A stretch of 64,000 nucleotides of DNA, taken from assembly GCA_051252135.1 (NCBI GenBank), contig JBPOGH010000013.1, positions 63,325 through 127,324 on the forward strand, written 5' to 3'. A model generated the notes under the pieces. The model saw nothing but the letters and a program-made list of their open reading frames with translations. It ran no database searches and was not told the DNA's origin. Both the position numbers and the translations under genes were made by a program. This document shows, one piece after another, positions 52,323 to 62,254 of this stretch (position 1 is the stretch's first letter; every line of letters begins with the position of its first letter). Source of the stretch: Verrucomicrobiaceae bacterium. GTDB taxonomy: Bacteria; Verrucomicrobiota; Verrucomicrobiia; Verrucomicrobiales; Akkermansiaceae.

Positions 52323-53220
52323 AGGACTCAAGCCGCTTCGAGCTGATCTCCACCGTCATCCCCTGAAACACATTCCCCTTCCGGTTAAAACTCCCTGCTA
52401 TCGGCATCACTCCCCTCGGATGATAACTCACCCCCACCGCAATGTGACCCATCCCCACCTGCTCCCCGATCGACGGGTCAAATCCCGTCCATCCCCGGTC
52501 CGGTAAATAAATTTCCGTCCACGCATGCGTCGCCCCATTCCCCACCCGCGACGTCTCACTCTCCAAATAACCACTCACAAAGCGCGCCGCGAACCCGATG
52601 CTCCGCGCCGTCTCCATCATCAACACCGCCGTATCCCGGCAGGATCCTGACGCCAGCGCCAGCGTCTTCTTGGGCGACTGCACCCCCGGCTCCTCACGTC
52701 TCCGGTAATCAATTCGCTCCCGGATCGCCGCCGCCAACCGATCAAAAAGCGGACACTCCTCCCCCGGCGGCGCCGAAATATTCAAACTGTGGAACCAATG
52801 GCGCACCTGCTCCACCTGCGGAGGATAAACCGAACGCCGGTACATATAAGTCGCTGACTCCTCAATCCCCGGATAATAAACCGGATACTTCACCATAATC
52901 CCCTCCGGTCCGTGAATTTGCTCCGGTGGTGGAGTCCGCCACACCGTGAACTCACTTTCAAGGCACAGCTCCGCCGCATCCTCCATAAAGGTCATATCCG
53001 CAATCATGTTCCCGAAAATATCTTCGGACCAGTGAATGTCTGACGCCACCGATGACGTCACCAGGATATCTTCCAGACGCTGATGGTAGCTCTCCCTCGG
53101 ACGCAGCACCAAACGATGGGGCCCAAAAGCCACCGGCCCCGAATAACGATACGTCGTCTTGTGGCTGAACTGAATCTCAACCCCCGGAATCTCCGCTTGT
53201 GGAATTAGTTTATCGCTCAC
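52321..53220 (-). CDS. Transglutaminase family protein
   Basis: H.T.YRY, GSCRDTA, ARFVSGY, HAWTE, FDPS. Confidence 0.92.
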   Translation of the reverse strand: MSDKLIPQAEIPGVEIQFSHKTTYRYSGPVAFGPHRLVLRPRESYHQRLEDILVTSSVASDIHWSEDIFGNMIADMTFMEDAAELCLESEFTVWRTPPPEQIHGPEGIMVKYPVYYPGIEESATYMYRRSVYPPQVEQVRHWFHSLNISAPPGEECPLFDRLAAAIRERIDYRRREEPGVQSPKKTLALASGSCRDTAVLMMETARSIGFAARFVSGYLESETSRVGNGATHAWTEIYLPDRGWTGFDPSIGEQVGMGHIAVGVSYHPRGVMPIAGSFNRKGNVFQGMTVEISSKRLES

Positions 53221-54072
53221 TCACGCCAGAATGATCGCTTCTCCCGCCCGATGCAATTCTGCTCGATCCAAACCCTGGAAATTTTCCTCCAGACACTCCA
53301 CCTCCACCCGCATCTCCTGCCCCACAATCTCCCCATACAGACTCGCTACCGCCGCATCCCCCGCATCCCGCGCCGTCGAAATCCTCACCATCCCATTCAA
53401 CGGAGCCAGACCCGTCGCATCAAAAACACACCACCTCCCGCCCAGATACACCTCAAAACACGCATGGAAATCCTGCGGCTCCAAACGATAGGCATACATC
53501 GTCGCATAACGCGCCGGAATCATCAGCGCCCGGCAAAATGCAATCCCCAGATGGGCAAAATCCCGACACACCCCCTGCCCGTCCCGCAGCGTCATCAAGG
53601 CAGAGGTCTCCTCCCCCGAAGCCCCCGAAACATAATCCACATTCTCCCGAATCCATCCCGCCACCCGCTCCACCTGATCATACGCCGTCCCCCCCTCCGG
53701 AAAAAGCCCCCCCACATACTCCCGCAACCGATCCGACTCACAATAACGACTCGGAAAAAGAAACGGCAGCACCTCCGCCCCCAACCGCTCGGGCCCCTCC
53801 CGCATCAACTCATTCCTCGGCACCCGCGTCACCCCCGTCATCACCTCCGCCTCATAATCAATCCCCAACGCTCCACCCCCGTTCACAAACACCCGCGAAA
53901 ACCGATTCCCGCCCAGCCCCATCGCCAGCTCCTCATAATCCACCTCCCGGCTCGTCACAAAACTCTCCTCCATCACCTCCTGCCCCGCCGTCTGCATCGC
54001 CTGAATCGACGAAATAATCGTCGCTGCACCATTCACCTCATAACCCAAATGCCCCCTCACCCGAAATCTCAT
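53221..54072 (-). CDS. Transglutaminase family protein
   Basis: PSRYCESD, GVCRDFAHL, DFHACFE, FDAT. Confidence 0.92.
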   Translation of the reverse strand: MRFRVRGHLGYEVNGAATIISSIQAMQTAGQEVMEESFVTSREVDYEELAMGLGGNRFSRVFVNGGGALGIDYEAEVMTGVTRVPRNELMREGPERLGAEVLPFLFPSRYCESDRLREYVGGLFPEGGTAYDQVERVAGWIRENVDYVSGASGEETSALMTLRDGQGVCRDFAHLGIAFCRALMIPARYATMYAYRLEPQDFHACFEVYLGGRWCVFDATGLAPLNGMVRISTARDAGDAAVASLYGEIVGQEMRVEVECLEENFQGLDRAELHRAGEAIILA

Positions 54073-54137
54073 ACCTCATCCCAGCAGGAACCACACCCAA
54101 TACCAAGGTGTCATTCCTACCGAAAACATCAGCCGCA

Positions 54138-56312
54138 CTACACCGCGTCAAATTCCTCCCAGCTCCGCGTCACAAAAATGTTCCCCTTCAGCTGCTCGTT
54201 GGTTTTCTCCACCTCCTCAAAGACGTGCTCATCTCCCCCCTCCGCATCCAAATTGATCCCCAGAAAGGTGATCTCACTGAACTTGGAATTCGCCTGAATG
54301 GTCTCCCTGATCGAGGTCTGGGATGTCATTACCGTGACCTCCGCATCAATCCGCAACTCACTCAGCTGCTCCGCCATATTCGCCCGCGCCCCCTCCAGAC
54401 CCTCCTCACTTTCAATCACCATGAAAATTCGGATCTGGTGCTTGTTCCACGTCGGATTCGAACAAATCAAGTGCGCCAGCGTCGCCATCAACGCCCCGTT
54501 CCGCTTCGAGCGCCACCAAATATCAATCGTCTTATCCAGACGTCCCACAAACTCCTCGTCCGGCTTGAGATAGAAAATCAAATTCTTCTTCGCCAGCAGC
54601 ACCCGCTTCACCGTATCGTGATAAATCTGCTGCTTCATCTCATCCGAACTCCACCCGATCATCACCGTATTCGGCTCAATCGGCCCCACCCCCGTCGCCT
54701 GAATCAGCGAGGTCACCCCCTCATCGAAGCTATCCGCCGTCACCACCTGCGGCACCGCCGCATAACCGTTCTCATCGATGAAATTCTGGATCGACTGCCG
54801 CGCCCCGCTCAAGCGCGGCACCATCTTCTCCCACGGCCCCGTCAGAATCTGACACAGAAAAAGGAACCCGCACTTCGCTTCCATCCAGTTCGCAAACTCC
54901 ACCAAGCGCGGCCTTCCCGCCGGATTCCCCGCCAGCACCAAAATCACCGGACGCCAGTTCTTCAGATGCTTCTGCGAATCCTGAAACTGCAGCAACCCAA
55001 AGCGCGTCAGCGAAAACCAAAACCCGCTCCGCATATCACCCCACGCCGTATTGTAACGCTTCTGCGTCAAATAAAGATGCAGCCCCACCATCAGCACAAT
55101 CGCCACCACCGTCGCCACCGGGCTCAATAAAAACATCACCCACACACAGCCAATCGCTCCCACCAAGGACACCGACCAATGCACCCGAAACGACGGCCGG
55201 TAGGACGGATTCGACACCACCTTCTCCAAAAAGGCCACAAAGTTCAGCAAGCCATAGGTCGCCAAAAAGAACATCGAAATCACCGGAGCAATCGCATTCA
55301 AATCCCCCAGCAACACACAGCACATCGCAATCCCGAAGCTCACCATCAACGCCACCCGCGGCTCCCCGTTCTTCCCGCTCTTGCGCGCCAGAATCTTCGG
55401 CAAAACCCCGTCCGAGGCCAAAGCCTGCAGCGTCCGCGGCGCCGCCAACAGGGAAGCCAGCGCCGATGACAGCGTCGCCGCCCAAAGACCCGCATAAATC
55501 AACGCCGGCACCCGCGAAACATTGTTCATCACCAGCGCATCCCCGATCAATGCCTCACGATCCGCATTGCGCGCCAACCACCACATCTGAAAACCATACA
55601 CCACAAAGGTCACCCCCACCGCACCCAAGGTCCCAATCGGAATACTCCGTGAAGGATTCTTCAAATCCCCCGACATGCTCGCCCCCGACATCACCCCCGT
55701 CACCGCCGGGAAGAAGATCGCAAAGACCGCCCAAAACGGCACCGCACCCTCCCCCTGATAAGACCCCAGGTTCACCTCCACATAGTTCGCCGACGATCCC
55801 CCCGCAAAAAACGAAACCAACGAAATCACCAACACCCCGAAGATCAAATACTGCGCCTTAATCGCCAGCTCCGATCCCACCAAGGTCACCAAAAAGATCA
55901 CCGTGATCACCCCCATCGCCACCCACATCACCGGCAAATTGGGGAAAAACGACAACAGCGACTCCGTGAAACCAATCACATAAAAAGCCACCGACACCGC
56001 CTGCGCAAAAAACAACGGCACCCCGATACTCCCCCCCACCTCAAGTCCCAGACTCCGCGACACCATAAAATACGCCCCGCCCGACCCCACCTTCGTATTC
56101 GTCGCAATCGCCGAAAGCGACAACGACGTCAGCAGCGTGATCGACTTCGCCACGCACAAAATCAACAACGCCTGGAACAACCCCGCCTGCCCCACCACCC
56201 AGCCCGTCCGCATAAACATAATCACCCCGAGAATCGTCAGGACGTTGGGCACAAAGACGCCTCCAAAAGTACCAAATTTCGGAGCAGACGAGCGGTCGGA
56301 TAGTTCGGACAT
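54138..56312 (-). CDS. SLC12/cation-chloride cotransporter-like APC permease
   Basis: FGTFGGVF.P..L.ILGVIMF.R, GGAY..VSRSLG, FFPAVTG, SGDLK.P, KNWRP; cytoplasmic C-terminal domain. Confidence 0.9.
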   Translation of the reverse strand: MSELSDRSSAPKFGTFGGVFVPNVLTILGVIMFMRTGWVVGQAGLFQALLILCVAKSITLLTSLSLSAIATNTKVGSGGAYFMVSRSLGLEVGGSIGVPLFFAQAVSVAFYVIGFTESLLSFFPNLPVMWVAMGVITVIFLVTLVGSELAIKAQYLIFGVLVISLVSFFAGGSSANYVEVNLGSYQGEGAVPFWAVFAIFFPAVTGVMSGASMSGDLKNPSRSIPIGTLGAVGVTFVVYGFQMWWLARNADREALIGDALVMNNVSRVPALIYAGLWAATLSSALASLLAAPRTLQALASDGVLPKILARKSGKNGEPRVALMVSFGIAMCCVLLGDLNAIAPVISMFFLATYGLLNFVAFLEKVVSNPSYRPSFRVHWSVSLVGAIGCVWVMFLLSPVATVVAIVLMVGLHLYLTQKRYNTAWGDMRSGFWFSLTRFGLLQFQDSQKHLKNWRPVILVLAGNPAGRPRLVEFANWMEAKCGFLFLCQILTGPWEKMVPRLSGARQSIQNFIDENGYAAVPQVVTADSFDEGVTSLIQATGVGPIEPNTVMIGWSSDEMKQQIYHDTVKRVLLAKKNLIFYLKPDEEFVGRLDKTIDIWWRSKRNGALMATLAHLICSNPTWNKHQIRIFMVIESEEGLEGARANMAEQLSELRIDAEVTVMTSQTSIRETIQANSKFSEITFLGINLDAEGGDEHVFEEVEKTNEQLKGNIFVTRSWEEFDAV

Positions 56313-56401
56313 GTGATCAAATGGGGAAAACAGAATGCGACGCCCCCTCGGTTCCTTGAAGAAGGGCTGCGACGCACAAGGTCAAATTAGGCGCCCCCTA
56401 T

Positions 56402-56417
56402 TGCTCGCAGCATGCCA
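56402..56417 (-). promoter_or_regulatory. Candidate sigma-54 promoter for the permease
   Basis: TGGCAT-GCTGC-GAGCA (GG-N10-GC). Confidence 0.5.
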
Positions 56418-56678
56418 CATTACCAAAACACCCATAACCCACTGTCATTAAACCCTTAATAAAAAACACCCACCCGATCCCCCCTCATCAAATCGTTCAC
56501 TGGCTTTACAACATTGCCAAATCATCAAGCACTTCCACACACCCCCCCCATAAACAGCCCCCTCATTGCCCATTCACTTGGCAAACTGTCGAAGCACCTG
56601 ACACCCAACCCCTTACCCTCAATCGCCCCATTCCCCTCAAGGCACTCAGCGATAAAGTGTTATTCATTTCTGGCTACT

Positions 56679-56694
56679 TGGCATCCCGAGAGCT
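56679..56694 (+). promoter_or_regulatory. Candidate sigma-54 promoter for the lipoprotein
   Basis: TGGCAT-CCCGA-GAGCT (GG-N10-GC). Confidence 0.5.
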
Positions 56695-56716
56695 ACACCC
56701 AGATCCAACCCCAAAA

Positions 56717-57058
56717 ATGATAATGAATAACGATTCAAAGAAATACACCCTCGGCCTCCTCGCCCTCGCTTCCGCCTTGGCCCTCGCCAGCTGCGGCAGC
56801 TCCGAGCCCACCTTCGGTGAGCGCATTGCCAGCGAAGGAACAGACGTCGCAGGCATCGGCAAACAATGGCAGGAAGGTGATAAAATGGTCAAGAAAGGCC
56901 AAGACCTCATCGAGGACGGCGAAAAAATGCAAAAGAAAGGCAAGAAAACCGTCAACAAGGGCGAGGACATGATCACCAAAGGTCAGAAGCTCAAAGCCGC
57001 CGCTGAAGAAAGCTACCGTCTCAAGCCTGCCTCTCCGGCAGTTCCCGTGGCCCAATAA
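56717..57058 (+). CDS. Small lipoprotein with 7-residue Gly-periodic helical repeats
   Basis: LASC lipobox; GDKMVKK-GQDLIED-GEKMQKK-GKKTVNK-GEDMITK. Confidence 0.8.
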   Translation: MIMNNDSKKYTLGLLALASALALASCGSSEPTFGERIASEGTDVAGIGKQWQEGDKMVKKGQDLIEDGEKMQKKGKKTVNKGEDMITKGQKLKAAAEESYRLKPASPAVPVAQ

Positions 57059-57087
57059 GCGGATTCCTTGAATCCCATCCAACCAAC

Positions 57088-57116
57088 AAACGGACTCCTT
57101 CGGGCGTCCGTTTTTT
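57088..57116 (+). terminator. Intrinsic terminator
   Basis: AAACGGAC...GTCCGTTT followed by TTT. Confidence 0.75.
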
Positions 57117-57122
57117 GTGGTC

Positions 57123-57698
57123 CTAATCCCGAATGATCAACTTCAGCACCTCCGCACGCGACGACGCATTCTCGCGGAAAAGACCCCGCATCGATGACGT
57201 CACCGTCTCGCTCCCCGGACTCTTGCACCCCCGCATCGACATGCACAAATGCTCCGCTTCCAGCACCACCACCACCCCCCGCGGATCCAGCTTCGCCTCG
57301 ATCGCATCCGCAATCTGACCCGTCAGCCGCTCCTGCACCTGCGGCCGCTTCGCATACCCGTCCACCATCCGCGCCAGCTTCGATAATCCCGTAATCCTCC
57401 CCCCCGGCTTCGGCAGATAGCCCACATGCGCCTTCCCAAAAAACGGCACCAGGTGATGCTCGCAGATCGAATAAAACGTAATATCCCTCACAATAATGAT
57501 CTCATCGTGATCCACCTCAAAGGTCTTATCAAGATGCCGGCTCGGATCATCACCCAACCCGCCACACACCTCCGCGAAATAGCGCGCCACCCGACCCGGA
57601 GTATCCACCAGACCATCACGATCCGGATCCTCTCCCATCGCTTCCAAAATTTCCTTCGCCGCCCGCTCAAGGCGCTGCTGATCAATTTCCTTTTTCAT
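57123..57698 (-). CDS. folE: GTP cyclohydrolase I
   Basis: [34 protein letters not shown]. Confidence 0.97.
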   Translation of the reverse strand: MKKEIDQQRLERAAKEILEAMGEDPDRDGLVDTPGRVARYFAEVCGGLGDDPSRHLDKTFEVDHDEIIIVRDITFYSICEHHLVPFFGKAHVGYLPKPGGRITGLSKLARMVDGYAKRPQVQERLTGQIADAIEAKLDPRGVVVVLEAEHLCMSMRGCKSPGSETVTSSMRGLFRENASSRAEVLKLIIRD

Positions 57699-58174
57699 CC
57701 CTGCTTCACTCGTTCATCCAAAAATCCAATCACCCCCACCACCGCCTCCTCAAGCACCTTCGCCACCTCCTCGTAAGCCGGACGCCCCATCCCGATCGGA
57801 TCAGGCACATCCACCCCCACCCGGCCATCCACCTCTGCAAAGTCACACGCCAGATGATACTTCTCCTCATATTGGGGAAACATCATCTCCAGCATCTCCA
57901 GATGACCCTCCGTCATACAAAAAACCGCCTCCGCCTCCTTCAACATCTCCTCATCCACCATCCGGCTCCGAAAGCCCTCCAGCTCAATCCCCCGGTCCTT
58001 CAATGAGTCCACCGTCTCACGGCTCGCCGAGCCCCCGGGCATCGCCGCCACCCCGGCCGAACCCACTTCATAACCCTTCCCTTCGGAAGCTTTGCGGAAA
58101 ATCCCTTCCGCCATCGGGCTGCGGCAGGTATTTCCGGTGCAGACAAACAAGACCTTACGGGCGTCCTCGGACAT
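57695..58174 (-). CDS. Low-molecular-weight protein Arg/Tyr phosphatase
   Basis: [21 protein letters not shown]. Confidence 0.93.
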   Translation of the reverse strand: MSEDARKVLFVCTGNTCRSPMAEGIFRKASEGKGYEVGSAGVAAMPGGSASRETVDSLKDRGIELEGFRSRMVDEEMLKEAEAVFCMTEGHLEMLEMMFPQYEEKYHLACDFAEVDGRVGVDVPDPIGMGRPAYEEVAKVLEEAVVGVIGFLDERVKQG

Positions 58175-58227
58175 GAAAGGAGGCTAACCTTTCCCCGTAG
58201 ACAAACAAACCCCAATTCCTAACAAAG

Positions 58228-58635
58228 ATGAAGTTCCTCAACTATTTCCTCGCCGCCCTCTTCGTCCTCTTCGCCTGGTTCCAGCGAAATGACATCGATC
58301 CCGCCATCTATCACAACCCCTCCTCCCTCGATGCCTTCCTCTGGCTCATCTTCTACCTCATCATTGGCATCGCCTTCATCCTCCTCACCTTCCGCCGCCT
58401 CCCGCGCCTCTACTTCACCCTCGCCATCGTCGCCTGCTTCATCGAAATGGCCTCCTCCGGACCCGGCCTCTGGAATAACCTCTTCGGCGACCAACCCTTC
58501 ACCATGACCCAGGTCTCCATGTCCGCCGATGACCCCCGCGTCGAGCTCACCCGCGAGTTCTTCGGCGCCCTCATCGCCCTCGCCGCCGTCTTCTTCCAGC
58601 TCTGGCAAAACACCGGTAAAAAATCCAACTCATGA
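58228..58635 (+). CDS. TMEM220-like membrane protein
   Basis: Four hydrophobic helices; Q.ND.D, W..FY, E..REFFG. Confidence 0.75.
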   Translation: MKFLNYFLAALFVLFAWFQRNDIDPAIYHNPSSLDAFLWLIFYLIIGIAFILLTFRRLPRLYFTLAIVACFIEMASSGPGLWNNLFGDQPFTMTQVSMSADDPRVELTREFFGALIALAAVFFQLWQNTGKKSNS

Positions 58636-59759
58636 AATCCCTCCCCCTCCTGCTCCTCTCCACCTTGCTTGCCCGGGCCGATCCCTCCGCCCAGCCCAGC
58701 CTAAAGGACGCCGCCCAAGGCCTCTTCCAAATCGGCGTCGGCCTCGGCATCCACTCCGTCAGCAACCCGGACGAAGCCGCCCTCCTCAAGCACCACTTCC
58801 ACTTCGTCACCCCCGAAAACTGCATGAAGCCCGCCGCCACTCAAAACGAGTCCGGCATCGCCACCTTCCGCCAATCCGATCGCTTCCTCGACTTCGCCCA
58901 ATCCCACCGCCTCCAAACCGTCGGCCACTGCCTCGTCTGGGCCAAGGACGACCGAACCCCCAACTGGTTCTATCAGGATGGTGAAAAAGATGCCTCCCGC
59001 GAACTCCTCGCCGACCGCATGAAGTCCCACATGGGCATGGTCCTCGGACGCTACGGACACAAAATCAACCAATGGGACGTCGTCAACGAAGCCCTCGGCG
59101 ATGGCCAGGACACCTGGCGCCAATCAAAATGGCTCGATATCTACCAGGACCCCTCCTTCATCGCCCAAGCCTTCCGCATCGCACGCGCCGCCGATCCCGA
59201 CGCCCTCCTCATCTACAACGACTACCGCTGCGAATACCCCGCCAAACAGGCCAATCTCATCAAATTGATCGAGTACCTTCAGGCTCAAAATGCCCCCCTC
59301 GATGCCATCGGTCTCCAGGGACACTACGAGCTCGATGACATCCCCTTCGAAGCCCTCGACGACACCATTACCAAAATCAAAAGCTACGGCCTCAAAGTCG
59401 TCATCTCCGAGGTCGATATCGACGTCGTCAAACGCGGCAAATGGTATCAGGACAACGGCGCCCACCGCGACGAACTCAAAAACTTCGACCCCTACAAAGA
59501 CTCCTGCCCACCCGAAATCCTCGAAGCCCAGGCCCAACAATACGCCCAACTCTTCCAGCTCTACGCCAGACACGCCGACGCCATCGAGCGCGTCACCTTC
59601 TGGAACCTCCACGACGGACAAAGCTGGCTCAACTACTTCCCCTGGAAACGCCAAAACCACCCCCTCCTCTTCGACCGCGACCTCCAGCCCAAACCCGCCT
59701 TCCACAGCGTCATCAAAGTCCTCAAGGCACAAAAAAGACCCTCCGCAGAGGGCCCTTGA
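58632..59759 (+). CDS. GH10 endo-1,4-beta-xylanase
   Basis: TPEN.MK, GHCLVW, WDVVNE, YNDY, GLQGH, ISE.D, VTFW. Confidence 0.95.
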   Translation: MKSLPLLLLSTLLARADPSAQPSLKDAAQGLFQIGVGLGIHSVSNPDEAALLKHHFHFVTPENCMKPAATQNESGIATFRQSDRFLDFAQSHRLQTVGHCLVWAKDDRTPNWFYQDGEKDASRELLADRMKSHMGMVLGRYGHKINQWDVVNEALGDGQDTWRQSKWLDIYQDPSFIAQAFRIARAADPDALLIYNDYRCEYPAKQANLIKLIEYLQAQNAPLDAIGLQGHYELDDIPFEALDDTITKIKSYGLKVVISEVDIDVVKRGKWYQDNGAHRDELKNFDPYKDSCPPEILEAQAQQYAQLFQLYARHADAIERVTFWNLHDGQSWLNYFPWKRQNHPLLFDRDLQPKPAFHSVIKVLKAQKRPSAEGP

Positions 59760-59775
59760 TTCCTTCGTCAATCTG

Positions 59776-60678
59776 TCATCGGGAAAAGACCGACGCCAGC
59801 TGCTCCGGCTTCATCTTGCTCAGCATGATGAACACATGCTCCTCATCACTCCAGCTTGTCGTCGCCCAGCCACTGCTCTCGCAGCCCGCGCAGTGACCCT
59901 CGGCCTCATTGAGAGACGGCAACTTCTCACCCTCTCCCAACTCCTTCTTCTTCAGCATCACCAGATGGACCACCTTATCGTTGCCCATCTGATAACAAAT
60001 CATTGAGCCCCGACTCTTCTTGTCGCCAATCTCGAGATACTTGCACCCGATGCCCGGCACCCCTTGCAAGCCTGCCGGCAGCACTTCCGGAGCGGGAAGC
60101 TCCTGACCCTTCAGCCAATCGTAAATCTCAGCTTGCCGGTCATCCTTCAAATCCAGTGAAAAAAGCGGACTGCTCAGCATCTCAATCGCTGCCAGCTCCA
60201 CCTCGGCCACATTCGTCCCGGCCACCGCATTGCCACCGCTAAAGGTGATCAATCCCACGAAGGCGAAGACCAACACCGCAGCTACCGCCGATGACGCCCA
60301 CCTCCAGTTCTTCCAGCGACTCACCGAAGGACGCACCACCGTGCGCTCCACTTCCATCGCGCTCAGAATCTGGTCACGAAGCCCCTCCGGAGCTCTCACC
60401 GAAGCCAACGCTCCCACAAAGGAGGCATCCAGATCCGTCAGCTCGGGATCCCCGTCTTCCATCATTTCAAAAATGGTCGTCCGCAGATCCTCGGGAATCG
60501 GCACCTCGCCCAACGCCGCCGCAAAGGCCGCATCACGCGCCCGCTCCTTTGTCAGCCACTCACCCAACTCACGGTCTTCCGCCGCCAGCGCGAGGGCTTC
60601 CGCAAAGTCAGGATCATGCGCGTCCGCACCATCGGGGCGGAAACTCTGGAGAATAAATTTGGCTCTTTCGTTATCCAT
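59776..60678 (-). CDS. Probable membrane anti-sigma factor
   Basis: Overlaps ECF sigma stop; duplicated P..LR..I helix, one TM segment, Cys-containing periplasmic domain. Confidence 0.7.
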   Translation of the reverse strand: MDNERAKFILQSFRPDGADAHDPDFAEALALAAEDRELGEWLTKERARDAAFAAALGEVPIPEDLRTTIFEMMEDGDPELTDLDASFVGALASVRAPEGLRDQILSAMEVERTVVRPSVSRWKNWRWASSAVAAVLVFAFVGLITFSGGNAVAGTNVAEVELAAIEMLSSPLFSLDLKDDRQAEIYDWLKGQELPAPEVLPAGLQGVPGIGCKYLEIGDKKSRGSMICYQMGNDKVVHLVMLKKKELGEGEKLPSLNEAEGHCAGCESSGWATTSWSDEEHVFIMLSKMKPEQLASVFSR

Positions 60679-61216
60679 GGGTCTGTTTGATGGATTCGGG
60701 TTGAAAATGAACAATCTTCTGCGGCGCAGAACTCGGTTCGGTGGACATCTTTTTTCTCAGCTGCTCCTTCCCCCGGGAAATCCGTGACATCACGGTCCCG
60801 ATCGGAATATCCAAAATATCGGCAATCTCCTTGTAGCTGTGCTGCTGGAGATAAAAGAGCGTCAACGGAGCGCGAAAGGTCTCATCAAGCTCACCCAGCA
60901 ATCCCACCGCCCGTTCCGCATCCATCCGGCGAGCCGAATCATCCTCCGTCCCCGGAAGCTCATGCTCCACCTCGCCAATCTCCCGCTCGGGATACCGCTG
61001 GGACCTCCGGGCCTGCCCCAGATGCTCACGATACAGCGTCGTGAAAAGCCACGTCTTCGATTTACTCCGGTCCCTCAGCTGGTGCCCCTTCTGTGCCCAG
61101 ATACAAAATGTCTGCTGCACCAGGTCCGCCGCTCGGTCCGGATCCTTTGCAAGTGAATACCCAAAGCGATACAACGCCTGATAATGGGTATCCACCAATT
61201 CTTGAAATTCGTCCAT
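60671..61216 (-). CDS. ECF RNA polymerase sigma factor
   Basis: A.DLVQQTF, KTWLF, SYKEIA.IL.IP.GTVMSR.SRG; start MDEFQEL. Confidence 0.93.
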   Translation of the reverse strand: MDEFQELVDTHYQALYRFGYSLAKDPDRAADLVQQTFCIWAQKGHQLRDRSKSKTWLFTTLYREHLGQARRSQRYPEREIGEVEHELPGTEDDSARRMDAERAVGLLGELDETFRAPLTLFYLQQHSYKEIADILDIPIGTVMSRISRGKEQLRKKMSTEPSSAPQKIVHFQPESIKQTHG

Positions 61217-61330
61217 TGTCTTTCCTGATTCTAACCCATGAGAGCCCCACCCCGCAGTCCTATTCCCAAAAAGTGCCCTTGGCTCTCTGAAACATTTTTT
61301 GCCACACTCCCGTAATCTCATCCTCCCACC

Positions 61331-62248
61331 ATGCGCACCGCCATCATTGCCCTCACCCTCATTCTCCCCGCCTCGGCCCAACTCTCCCTCAAACAGGTCG
61401 ACCAAACCATCGAGGTCAAAAACGGCGACCAACTCGTCACCATCTTCCGCGCCGATCAACAGGTCCCCTGCCTCTACCCCCTCATCGGCCCCGCAGGCAC
61501 CAACGTCACCCGCCACTTCCCCTTCAAAAAAGACATCCCCGGCGAACAAAGCGACCATCCCCACCACATCTCCTTCTGGTTCACCCACGGCCTCGTCAAT
61601 GGCCACGATTTCTGGCACGAGGTCAAAGGCGCCCCTCCCTCAAAAATCGTCCTCAAATCCTACCAGGACCTCACCAAAGACACCTTCACCGCCAACCTCG
61701 CCTGGGAGCACGACGCCAAAGCCCTCCTCAACGAAACCCGCTCCTACGGATTCGTCTCCAATAAAAATGAGCTCATCATCGACCTCACCTCCTCCCTCAC
61801 CGCCCTCGAGGACGTCACCTTCGGCGATACCAAGGAAGGCTCACTCGGCTTCCGCCTCACCCCCACCCTCCGCCTCAAAGGGGAAGTCGCCAAAGGATCC
61901 ATCGAAAACTCCGAAGGCCACCAAAACGCCGACGCCTGGGGCAAGCGCGCCAAATGGGTCGCCTACCACGGCCCCGACTCCGAAGGTAAACCCACCGTCG
62001 TCACCCTCATGGACCACCCCTCCAACCTCCGCCACCCCACCTGGTGGCACGCCCGTGACTACGGCCTCCTCGCCGCCAACCCCTTCGGCCGACACGATTT
62101 CGAGGGCAAAAAAGACCAACCCCACCTCGGCGACCACACCCTCAAAAAAGGCGAAACCCTCACACAAAAATACCGCCTCGTCATTCAACACGGAACTTTT
62201 TCCGCTGAATCGCTCAATATCAACTTCACCGTCTTCTCTAACTTCTAA
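61331..62248 (+). CDS. PmoA-like / DUF6807 family secreted protein
   Basis: LYPL..P.G..VTR, DHPHH, FGDTKEG, DHP.N, W.AR.YGL..ANPF. Confidence 0.8.
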   Translation: MRTAIIALTLILPASAQLSLKQVDQTIEVKNGDQLVTIFRADQQVPCLYPLIGPAGTNVTRHFPFKKDIPGEQSDHPHHISFWFTHGLVNGHDFWHEVKGAPPSKIVLKSYQDLTKDTFTANLAWEHDAKALLNETRSYGFVSNKNELIIDLTSSLTALEDVTFGDTKEGSLGFRLTPTLRLKGEVAKGSIENSEGHQNADAWGKRAKWVAYHGPDSEGKPTVVTLMDHPSNLRHPTWWHARDYGLLAANPFGRHDFEGKKDQPHLGDHTLKKGETLTQKYRLVIQHGTFSAESLNINFTVFSNF

Positions 62249-62254
62249 AATCAA

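Noticed and set aside
61217..61618. N-terminal extension of the ECF sigma ORF
   Set aside because: It is antisense to the 61331 gene; sigma similarity starts at 61216.
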